Below are positions 1 through 11,305 of a stretch of 64,000 nucleotides of DNA, piece after piece; the first letter of the stretch is position 1; each line of letters begins with the position of its first letter. Position numbers and translations under genes: made by a program. Below the pieces are notes generated by a model. The model was not told the DNA's origin and ran no database searches. It saw nothing but the letters and a program-made list of their open reading frames with translations. Source of the DNA: Vermamoeba vermiformis (lineage: Eukaryota); NCBI GenBank assembly GCA_045837725.1, contig JBEWZL010000208.1, forward strand, positions 124,001-188,000. Reading direction: 5' to 3'.

Positions 1-56
1 GGAGAAGAATCAATATTAATGATTTAATTGTGCTTCGTGAATATTGCGTCAACATA

Positions 57-1708
57 ATGGAATACAAAACGTGAGTGTGGATTTGAAGTTTGGGGCTCGC
101 CCCCAAAATATTAATCTTCCTATTTTAATTAAAATAAAATTATTGTGCATTACTATTTTATTAAAGCATTAATTTATAAATATTATCAAAAGAGACACGT
201 TTATTTATTTCTAACGGGTTTTTAGTGCAGATATTCTGACAATTACGGACTCAAAGGAGGCCGATCAATACGATATTGCAGTTAAGGAGCTGCAAGGCCG
301 ACCATTCTTGAAGGCAGTCGTATTCAAAAGCAAAATCGAACCGTCTTATTCCGATTTCGTTACCTTGTGTCATACGATAGGCACTCATCCTCGTGTTGAA
401 TGTTTAGGCCTAGTAGAATATCACTCGGAATTAAAAGAAGCCGAGACTAAGCCGCTCGCCGAGTGGATCAGCAAAACAACAAAGCTGAAAAAACTATGTT
501 TCAAAGATAGACTATTATCAAACGAATGTTGGAAGCTAATGTTCGATACAATTAATAGTAGCACTTCGATAACGAGCCTATCATTCGATTATCAAAATAG
601 TCAGCGATTAGGTTTTCAGCACGAGTTTAATGGTGTCGAGCACTTGATCCAAACCATCAAAACCAATACAACAATTAGAGCGCTGAGTATTTGTATAAAT
701 ACGAAACCTCATCGATTAAAGCCTATTACTGCAGCTCTTTTAGAGAACAAAACAATCACGGATGTCAAGTTATCGAAACTCTTTGACAGCGATTGTAACA
801 CACTTCGGATGATACTCCAGCAGAATGACAAGCTTAAAGCACTTCATATCAATGACAGTATGATTAAGAGTGACGGTGTGAAGATAATATACGATAGTTT
901 AAGAGAAAACAAGTCTTTGACATCCTTCGGATTCATCGGAAATCCTGTCAGTGACGAAGGATGTCAGTGGATCATACGCATGTTAAGCGACACAAAGTTG
1001 ATAGATTTAACGCTAGAAAATGTTGGATTGACGCCAAAAGCCACGAGGTCAATCCTTCAAGCTGTCAAGTGCCATCGATCATTGAAAAAGTTGAGCCTGG
1101 CAAAGAACGAACTCAACTCACTCGCATCACTTATCTGCGATGTACTTAAAGTTAATACGACACTAGAAGAGCTCGATTTGACGAAGTGTAATCTACAAGG
1201 TCAAATGGAGATTATTGCGAATGGACTGAAGGAGAATAGCACCTTGCAAAAGTTGTTGATCGGCGACAACGAACTCCATGTTGACGACGTGGAACACATC
1301 TGCAGCGCCCTTCACGAGAACAAAGGATTAACCTCACTTAATATGTCAAGATCAGCATTCCTTCAACATAATAGTGGCCAGCTTTGTGCTGCGGTTGAAA
1401 AGAACAAAGCTCTCATTGACGTGGAAGCCAACGTGAAAGGTTGGATTTATGGTTACACTACCAGGTTGAAAAATGCGCTACAAGTCAACCGTAAGCATCA
1501 GAATGCAGTGGTCGTTGAACGAGCCATTATCATTCTTAACATTGCTCGAACGAAGCCACGACCACTCTTGCCCGAGATCTGGATAACAATATTCTCATTC
1601 ATCTCGTCTCCTGGCATTCATATCAACTGGGGTCATGTTATCTCGCAAGCATTCGTCAACCCAAATCGCCTGGACATAACAAAGATCGAGAATAAACGTC
1701 AAGATTAG
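57..1708 (+). CDS. RNI-like leucine-rich repeat protein (NLRC3/NOD3-type LRRs) with a C-terminal F-box-like motif
   Basis: Exon 1 ATGGAATACAAAAC (57-70) and an intron gtgagt..tttag (71-225) splice in frame into the 466-aa ORF. Repeats are of the LxxNxxLxxLxLxxNxI type. The C-terminus contains PLLPEIWITIFSFI. Confidence 0.8.
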
Positions 1709-2106
1709 TTTGACATGCAGATGCTGACGTGAGCATCGCCGCTCAACTATTTCCAGGAGGGAATTAATTTATCTATTCATTTACCAAAGGTCAATCAAGC
1801 GAATTACAGCGTTGCCGTGGAAAGCTGCCCGACACTACCAAACTATGGTGACTGTTCATGTGGAGAGAATGCGCCGTCGTAGCCGCAAAACAAATTTAGT
1901 AATATTATTACTAATAATAGGAGTTATAATAGCACGTGTAACGCTGATAGAAGCACCGGATTAGCAAAACTAAAAAAAAGCCGTACTTTGTAAAATTATT
2001 ACTGATAGCAAATAAAAAGGTGACAGCCTTAGTAAATAGTAGACGAGTGGTAGCTTCATTGGCAGGAGGCTCGAGTGTTGACAAGGCAAAAAAGAAAAAA
2101 AATAAT

Positions 2107-2180
2107 TGGCCATTCCAGGGATCGAACCTGGGACCCTCGCGTTATTAGCACGATGCTCTAACCAACTGAGCTAAACGGCC
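2107..2180 (-). tRNA. trnI-AAT: tRNA-Ile (anticodon AAT)
   Basis: Reverse complement GGCCGTTTAGCTCAGTTGGTTAGAGCATCGTGCTAATAACGCGAGGGTCCCAGGTTCGATCCCTGGAATGGCCA folds as a cloverleaf with anticodon loop CT-AAT-AA and GGTTCGA in the T arm. T-tracts (Pol III terminator) lie just downstream. Confidence 0.96.
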
Positions 2181-2841
2181 CAATTTCTTATCCGCCGCTC
2201 GAAAAAAATCGAGCCACACCACTTCGCTGAACGAAAAAGTGACCGACAAACTGGCTTGTGCCTTGTTTTCTCTCTTTGTCGCTCATGAACTTTCCTCGAG
2301 CATCTTTGGGTCTTTCAATCGATGCTTCATCGACGTTTAATGAACCACGGAACTTGGTTTTGGACAACAGTGATGATTTGGACGCGTTCAATACTTCTTT
2401 CCAGATTTGGTTTTAATAAGTAAATGGGTGGCCATATTAATTTTTTTGTTGTTAGCCCTGAGAATCTCCAGCTGTGCTACTTGTGTTGTTCAGGTGTGCG
2501 TGAAAAGTGAAAAACTAACCGTTTTTATTCAATCAATTTTGTCACACGAGTTAACTACAAAAGGTAAACGCAGATTGCAGTATATGTGATTGTTTACGGG
2601 CAGACTCGAAGTGCCTGTTGTTTCCTCCTGCGTTCCGAAACGATTTTGTCAGGAACATCCGAGCGCTTATGAAATATCTTTTTTTAATATTCGTTATTCA
2701 TTATATTTCGATTATTAACATCAATATTATTTATTTCTATACTTATTGCATTTATTTAGATTTTTAGAAACAAAATATTGTAATTACATTTATTTTCCAC
2801 GTCATTGCTTTCGTTAGGAAATACTAACGTGATGCTTTTAG

Positions 2842-5311
2842 ATGGGTAACAAGGGTTTGGCCGGAGAGCTGCATAAAATGCGCAAGAAGGAGGTGATCGA
2901 CCTTCGCAAAATGGGCATCCAAGCCCTTCCTTCTGCTATCGGTGCCTTGCAATGCAAAACATGCATTATCGCCGAGAATGATATCGTAGAAATTCCAGAA
3001 GATATTCAAAAGATGACGAACCTTCAGGTAACGTTCAAAAAGCAAGGCAGTAATAATTTGGATTCGATCCGCCCACTCACTTTATTCTTATCATTCACAT
3101 GAAATACAATTTAATGTAATTATTAACAATTTATTGAAGGTTTTGGAAGCAAATTCAAACCGTTTGAACGGTGTCCCCATTGAGATCGGAAACTGCCCTG
3201 CTTTGGAAGAGCTCAACCTTCGTGATAACAAATTGTTCTTCTATGGTAAGCACCTGTATATTATTTTAGATATTATTGAAAAATTATCACGATTGTTTTT
3301 GCGTTGGTAGATTCTAAATTCTTTTTATCGCGATACCTAACGATTTATATAATACTAACAACTTAATATATAGGTCTTTCACCTGCTCTTGGAAAGCTTA
3401 AAACCTTGAAGAAATTGAACGTTGCAAACAACCAATTGGACGAGATCTGCAAGGAGTTAGGAGACTGCGTGGCCTTGGAGTACCTCGATATTTCTGAGAA
3501 CAATATTAAGGCCTTGCCCGTGCAATTAGGCCAATTGCGTAACTTGCGCTCATTAATTGCCAGAAAGAACCAGATCCAAGCCTTCTCGGCTGCTTTGTGC
3601 GAGATCGCCTCGTTGACCGAATTGAACTTGGAAGAAAACAAGCTGTTGACTGTGCCTGCTGAGATTGGCAAATACTCCGACATGCTCATATTAAACTTGA
3701 GCTGCAACTCGCTGAAGGAATTGCCCGAGACTGTTACCAAGCTCGGCAAGTTGGAAGAATTGAATTTGAACGATAACGCTCTTATTCAAACTCTGCCTTC
3801 GTTCTCTAACTTCCCTAACATCAAGAAGTTGGGCATTCGTAACTTACAGGTACGTCTATTAATTTTTAACTTATTTTTTCTGCGATCCTCGGACTTTATT
3901 TCCAAGATCCGGAGCTTAGTAGTTTGCACAGTCCTAATATAGCATGTTATTAATAGATCACCTTCTTGGACCCGTCTATTGGTACCTTGGTCGGTTTGGA
4001 AGAGTTGGACTTGAGAGCCAATGCTCAAATGGCTTCAGTCCCCGAAGAAATCGGTAACTTGGTCAACCTCAAGCGTTTGGGTACGTATAGTTATTCTCAT
4101 GCAGTAGTGTCATATTAATAGAGTATTTTTGTTGTGGATGATACTTTTTGGGCTTCGTGTAACGAGCAAATTACATTTTCGTTGTAAATTATTTCCATAT
4201 TATTCGTGGCTTTATTATTTGTTTATACATTATTATAACAACTTAAATAGTATCGAATACTCATTTACAATTATGCTAATTTATCCTCGCCTTCAGATCT
4301 GTTCCGTAACAAGTTGAAGACTTTGCCTCATACTATTGGCAAGTTGACCAACTTGGTCTTGCTTGATTTGCGAAACAACTTGTTCACCGTTGAATTGTTG
4401 CCTCCTGAGCTCGGCAACTTGGCCTCATTGCGCAAGATCTTGTTGAGCAACAACAAGCTCACTACTTTGCCTCCTGAGATCCGCTCTTTGACCAGCTTGA
4501 ACGATTTGGACGTTAGCAACAACCAAATCACCGATCTTCCTCAAGAAGTTGGAGAGTTGGAAAGCCTTACCTCGTAAGTATCAAAAAAAGAATAGAGAGC
4601 ATCCGTAGAAAAAATTATAGAATTGTTCTAACATCGTTATAAAATAGATTGAACGTGTCCGGCAACCAATTGAAGAAGTTCCCTAACTCTATGGGAGGTT
4701 TGACTAACTTGCAACAACTCGAAGCTAAGCACAACGAAATTTCTCTTTTGCCACCTGAGATGGGCTTCTTGGTCAAGTGCTCTAAGATGGATCTCTCCCA
4801 CAATATGGTGCGTATACATATATCATATAGAGATAATTATATTCGTTCACTGTAATGAGCCACAGTTCGTTACAATTTTTTTTTGAATTTTGGATCTCGA
4901 TTTAAATACACTAAGCAACACGTTGTTATACTAATTACTAATGTACTATTATAGATCACTGAAATTCCTTGGGAGTTCGGAGAGTTGGAAACTTCGCTCA
5001 GAGTGCTCGACATTAGCCACAACCCCGTCGTTATTCCGCCCAAGGCTGAAATTAACAAGGTAATTGACCACTTCATATCAATAATACTGCTTATGGCGCA
5101 TATAATAAGATCCTAGCTATAATTACTTTTTTAATAAGTTGATCTTTTGCGCGATCGGATCCGCTATGTTTGGATCAAATTTTTAGCGTTACATGAGCGA
5201 TGAACTTAACGATGATATTTGCAGGGTACTACTGCCATGTTGCAATGGTTGAAGAAGAACGAAAAAGAAGGCAAGAAGGCTAAAGTCAGCGGTTTGGGCC
5301 TCAAGAACTAA
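2842..5311 (+). CDS. lrrA: Leucine-rich repeat protein, orthologue-like to Dictyostelium LrrA (SHOC2/LAP-type LRRs), multi-exon
   Basis: The N-terminus MGNKGLAGELHKMRKKEVIDLRKMGIQALPSAIGALQCK and C-terminus GTTAMLQWLKKNEKEGKKAKVSGLGLKN* match the termini of Dictyostelium LrrA as I recall them. About 20 LxxLxLxxNxLxxLP repeats are spread over roughly 8 coding exons. Confidence 0.85.
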
Positions 5312-5547
5312 GCACCACGCAACAACCAATTTTTCCTTTTGAAAATCTTTTATTTATCGGCGAGTATTATTTAATTGTTTAATCTTTGACGAATATTCTT
5401 CTAATTAGCTTAATGTTCGATGAAGACGTTGTTTTTATTATTAGTATGAAATAAAATTTAAATTGAAACGAAGCTCGGATCCAATTTATTTACTTGCTGA
5501 ATTGCTGCGAACCGCTACATATTATATTATACTTAATACTAATACTC

Positions 5548-6144
5548 TTATTTGAATAGTCTAGTCTCTTCGTTAACTTCTGCGTTGCGTTTTTCATTTT
5601 GATGCTCTTCAATAATAGCTCGCATAGCAATATCGTCATTGGTATTAGTGCCATGAAGCTCCTCCATATGACTACTATTGACACTGGCTGCTACAAGCGG
5701 GGCAATTGCATGACTCGTGAGGGCTGCAGATGTGTTGCTGCTATTATTAGGAGCGCCAGATCTCGCTTTCAAATTATCGTTTTCAACTTTAAGATCAAAA
5801 ATGCGTTTCTTAGCTAAGTTAAGAGCCTTGAATTTAGCAGCTGAGGTTCTTGAAATATTGTTCACTTTTGTTTTTCCAAATACGGCAGCCATCAAGCCTA
5901 ACAAAGCGGACAGACCAGCAGCGACAATAGAAAGAGGCTTAACTAGAGATTGGTTATCGGAGTAAGCGCTAATAGCCGCATTAATGCTCGCTAAAGCAAC
6001 GGCCAGGATGCCGTAAGTAATGATCTCGCTTGTTTTCCATCCAGCGATGCCGTCAGGAATTGCATCTTGCGGAGCGTTCGCCGCTGCTTTTTTTACATCG
6101 TCGTCTGATAAATTCTCGACAAGTCGCTTGAGTTTTCCGTCCAT
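5548..6144 (-). CDS. Intronless hypothetical protein with two TM helices followed by a coiled coil
   Basis: 198-aa ATG-initiated ORF with hydrophobic segments IITYGILAVALASINAAISAY and LSIVAAGLSALLGLMAAVF, followed by a heptad-like region. Confidence 0.65.
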   Translation of the reverse strand: MDGKLKRLVENLSDDDVKKAAANAPQDAIPDGIAGWKTSEIITYGILAVALASINAAISAYSDNQSLVKPLSIVAAGLSALLGLMAAVFGKTKVNNISRTSAAKFKALNLAKKRIFDLKVENDNLKARSGAPNNSSNTSAALTSHAIAPLVAASVNSSHMEELHGTNTNDDIAMRAIIEEHQNEKRNAEVNEETRLFK

Positions 6145-6639
6145 TGTTTGATCTTCTACAATTAAGGCGCCTTTTGTTGAAATCGATCAGTATCGCTATA
6201 ATTTTATTACGACGTATTATTTTGGAATATAGCCACTAATATTTCATTTACAGGTCTGAAATAATAAGAGAAAGTTTTCAAAAGTAGATTTAAAATTGCT
6301 CTATTCTTGTTAAGTCTCGCGCTTCAGTCGTAAAGCAAACATACCTCGATTTAGTACACAAAGTAGGTGAAAATCAATGAGCTCACTGGTATGTGGTCGT
6401 GATCTTCAAGCGTAAATCAAAATATCGCGCCATTTTCCGCTGAAACCAAATAAGGCAAGCCATTTATCTTAAAAACGTTGGCGATTATGAACAATTTATT
6501 TATATCTTCGATTTGGAGGCGATGTCAGACGAACAACATTTGTGGGGTAGAGAAATGGGTCGGAAAGGCAAGAACCGCTTCAGTTGTAAATAAATCAGTT
6601 CAATTATTCAAATTAAAGCATCAAACACGAACATACACA

Positions 6640-7874
6640 ATGGAGCACCCTACAGATAACGTCAAAAAGCAAAAGAGAACTTTGGAAACTGAAAAGTACG
6701 AGGATCAGCTCAAAGTAAGTCTGGAAATTAATGTAATTAATTCTGATATTTAATTTGGCTACAAAAAACGTTTAGTAACTATTTTTTGCACTGCTTTTTA
6801 TTCGCACTTGGTATTTAAACAATATTTAGAGGAAATTAACTTTGAAAATTACTAGATCTGGCCTGAAGAGGGACGACATATATTGGCACACTATGACGAA
6901 GATACTATAGTTGTATATCAAGCATTTAAGCCAAGTATAGCGAAATACGCGGTCGAGAATCAGAAATTCGGAGGTACGAGCTGATTAATTCGACTTAACG
7001 GTTTACGACGGGTACTAAAGCTGATATTTTAAGGACCCGAATATAATGCTTCGCGTATGACCTGGATCAAAACAAATTTCTTGTGGATGATGTTCAGATC
7101 CGGATGGGGCTCGAAAAAAGATCAAGAACGAACACTTGCTATATGGTTAAAACGCTCTTCATTCGAATGGATATTATCTCAAGCTGTAGGCAGTAAATAC
7201 CACCCTGAAGTCCATGGCGATCGAGCTAACTATGAGAAATTAAAGAAAGGAAAAGTTCGTTTACAATGGGATCCCGATCACAAGCCTGATGGTTCTAAGG
7301 TAAGCTCTTAATACTATAATATACATCTATTAAGATTCTTTTGATCAATTTTCCAACATTTTCAGACCGGTCTGAGTACAGGTCCAATTTTTTTTATCGT
7401 TGTGTACCACCAGATCCGACCAATTTTTTGCAAGTTCGAGTGCTTGTCGTAAACTTTTTACTAATATGGAGTTAATATAGACGATAAGAAGAGCAATCCA
7501 ATTAGGTCTTAAAGGCCTGAATGAGTTTACTAACGGTGACATGATCGTCAAGATTGAAGACATTTCAGAGTTTGTCGCGGAACAATCAATTAAGGCCAAT
7601 TCAGGTTAGTTTAAGTACATTAATTATATGAACATATATCATTACCCGAGCCAGGTGTATGCTTTAACTGATCGTTAATATCTGACTCAATCGATTTTTC
7701 GCAGGAGCTTGGAACGAGTTAATTGTGCCACGAGAGCGAGTCTATCAACTTATCGATGAAAAAATAGCCAGGAATATTAATTTGCAGTCTTGCAAGACTC
7801 AGCGGCGAATGAAGATGGCGGTGCTGACGACGAGTAATGTAATACGACATTTTGTTACTTCGCAAAGGTATTAA
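6640..7874 (+). CDS. DUF4291 family protein, multi-exon
   Basis: Spliced motifs ILAHYDEDTIVVYQAF, RMTWIKTNFLWMMFRSGWG and VRLQWDPDH, then RRAIQLGL, are characteristic of DUF4291. The exact stop is uncertain (7837-7874). Confidence 0.8.
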
Positions 7875-8055
7875 TGAATAATACGATAAGTTCAATCAAC
7901 TTTGATGTATTTCGCAACTTTTCACTTTGAATGCGCTGTCCCTGGATACTCGGCCCAAAATTATCTCTGGCTTAACAAAACTTTCTTTGCATTCGATGAG
8001 TTTTGGGTTTTAAAGTTGGTTTTTCCATTTCGTAGCAACACGAATGTTACACGCT

Positions 8056-11000
8056 ATGGCTCTTTCATTCCGAACAGCCTCTCGGTTTAGCTGGCTCGTG
8101 AAATGTAAGAAGATCTACGGATCGTGAGCAACTTTCACACCAAACTACTAATGAAAATTAACGGCGTTTACGTAATAATTAATACTGATTTTTGTGAAGC
8201 TAAGGGGCATATCTTGAAGGTGAAAATCGGAAGGAACACAGCCATCTTTGCAACGCAACCAAATTATCGTGATGTCCCCGTAAGAGCCATTACTGGAACT
8301 AGTATCTCGGAAGGTAAGTAATAAACGTTATTATAATAATTTTGGTGGCTAAATTAGTCATCATTAGCAAAAAGTAAACGTAGGTAGCTGCAAAAATATT
8401 TGAAAGCAAACTGACCAGAAAAATAGCAACGAAGTGGCGAGAAGAAATTGCACTCAAAGGTGATACAGAAAGTATCAAACAGAAAATTAAATGGTTGGCG
8501 AGTGGCTCGGCAATGGAAATGAAACCGTTACAATTTTTTGAACAGCTTTGCAACTTTCCAACGCCCCAGCTCACTCGCGTAAAAGAACGAGCGGAACTTT
8601 TGGAACAATTGCGAGACAAGCCCATTGCAAAGTATTTGAATGAGTCCAAAATACCAATTCACCCTATTAATGGAAAAGTGGATTTTCGCTTTCTTCAAGA
8701 GCCGTTCTTTGCAGATGATCCTGTCATTGAAACTCTTCGACTGATGGTCAAACCTAAACAAGGCCAGACAGTCACGCTGGTTGGTCAGTCAGGCATTGGG
8801 AAGATTGGTATGTTCATGGTGTTGTGCTGTAGTTTTGTAACATTGTGTTTTAGGGGCCATCTTTGCATTTGCTCAAAAACAGTATGTTTTGTACATTGAA
8901 GCAAACCCATGCAAAAAACAGAACTCTTTTTCTGAATTTTATCTGCATGGACAAAAGATAATGCAGATAATAGCTCAGATGGGCACAGAATGCTCAAGTA
9001 GCTTGGCTACTGATTTAATGACTTGTCTAACTCAACTGTTGTGGCTTTCACATGCCCTAGTATTGAAGCAACAATGTCCCTTTGTTAGTCCAGTTGGATG
9101 GATTGCTCTTGAAAGTGATGAATGCCAAGACATCAAAGATACAATGAACAAACTAGGCACTTGGTTTATTGAAGATTTGAAGGCCAATAACTGTAACAAG
9201 GATTGGGTGGCTCAAAAGCATCGTGAATTTGATGAGTGCTTAAGAGAGCTCACTCAAGATGTAGTCTTTGTGATTGATGAAGCACATTTAGCTCAAGGGC
9301 TCTTTGAAGAATCATTGCCTACAAATATTAAATTTGTTAATGCATTATGTAATGAAAAGAGGTAAGCTTGAACTTTACATTTTAATTGAATTGAAATTGT
9401 AATGTAGGAATTTTCTAACAATACTGGCACATTATTCATTGCCTAATGCAAGAACACTGCTTGTGGTGGGGACTCAGATAACAAGCTATGATGACATATC
9501 ATTAACTAGTGGGGAGTCCAAGCCCTCCAATAACATTAACCTTACAAGGGTGCAATTTCCACTTGTTCATCCTGAAGATGCAATTAGAATTGCAACAGAC
9601 CTATTTCCCAGTATCAAAGGAAATAAGACACTAGAACAATCAATTGTCAATGCTGCTACAGGACATTTGGGACACATTACTTCATTATTGGAGTTCATTT
9701 GCAACTATTCTCATTGCAGTGAATCAAAGTCCCTATCAGATTTCATTTTGTTGGGCATTGAAGCATGGAAACAGAAGGTGCAATCTGAAGTTCATGAAAA
9801 ACTCAATTCTTTGCACCTACTTTTTAGTACAAATGAGAATAAGAAGCACAATTGTATGTATCTATTTGAAGTTAAAGGTTGTAAAAATCTTACTTGCTTT
9901 GTGATTTAGGGCAACAACTGCTGTTACAACTGTATTATGATGCAGCCATCAGTGGTGAAAGAAGAATACCAGAGCATGAATTCAAAGCACTTGGAATGAG
10001 TTTGGAGGACTTGAGTGTAGCAATGGTGACTGAATGGCTGGTCAAATTGAAAATTGACACTGATAATGAGCAATGTAAGTTATGATAGCAATTTAATAGA
10101 GCTAATTTGTTTGTAGTCTTCAGATACATCAACATTTGTGAGCCATTGGCATTTGAAATATTCAAAAACTGGCTCAGAACAAACTCAGACTTAAAAGATT
10201 ATGTTGATGAGTTTGAAGCACTGCTGGAAGGTGCTGTTGGCACCAGCTTCAATCCAACTCCTAATATTAACGGAGACACCTTTGCAAGACTTCTTGGGGC
10301 TTTGCTGGTATGCCACCAAACACTTCTATTGAGTCTCATTAATTCTATTTAGCTCAATCTATCAACAAAAAACCAGTTGAAAATCAAGCAACTTCCTACA
10401 ATCAATTCACTGGAGCATTTGCCTGATTGGACCAATTCTATTGCCTTCCAAACACCATGGACTTTCTTTGGCAAAGCAACTGAGTGCCAAGAATTGCTTG
10501 ATGCTGTGCAAATTCTTAGTGAGGTTGATGTTGCTGGATCCCCAATTGCTATGCTAAGAAGGCAGTTTAGAGGATCTCCAGTACTCTCATGCCTCTTCAA
10601 AAATCATCATACTATGAAAAAAGAGCTGGAAGCATTAATTGCAATCAAAAGCTGTGACCAGGAATTCCAACCAGAATTGCTCATGATACTAAATGGATAT
10701 GACAAAGTCCTTAGCAATGCCTTCAAGATTTATTGGACCAGACATGATTGGGATCAAAGGTAATGATTACCAGGTAAAATTATTTCATTAGCTGATAATT
10801 TTCTTAAAGGGAATGTGTTGTATTTGGTTGGACTCTATTGCTATTCTTCTCCCACAATCAAAGAACAGTTTGATGCACTGGGCAAAAAGCAAGCCATTCA
10901 ATTGAAAAAATTTAATGTGTTGTACACAAATAGACATGGAGCTCCTTATCCAGCCAATGCAAATTCAACATTGCAACTCATTCTCAAAGCCAAGAACTAC

Positions 11001-11183
11001 CACCAAGTTTGGTTTGATATTAGATTGCCACAAACAAATGCAGATGTGACAAGTGTTGCCAGCGACGATAGACTTCATGTTTTAATCACGCAAGACAACT
11101 TTGGTGAACTTACTTTGAGTCCACAAAAGTGGGCAAAAATTGCAGCAAAATTGGCATACAAAAGCTCTTCAACAATGTATTGA
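8056..11183 (+). pseudogene. Crinkler/RHS-type P-loop NTPase plus degenerate restriction-endonuclease-fold gene; probable frameshift near 10710 (pseudogene, cryptic intron or sequence error)
   Basis: Walker A-like VTLVGQSGIGKI, Walker B VVFVIDEAH, then GDTFARLLG. MPSRFIGPDMIGIK lies in a shifted frame that splices correctly into the last exon. The other introns are phase-compatible. Confidence 0.55.
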
Positions 11184-11305
11184 AGAGGAAGCTAAACTTT
11201 GAAATTTCAAGTAAAGGGGCTTTTGCCAAAAGCCATATTTGAATGAGTGCACTGTACCTGGCTATTTTTTGGCTTGAGTCCATTTCGAGGAATCAACAAA
11301 TCCAA

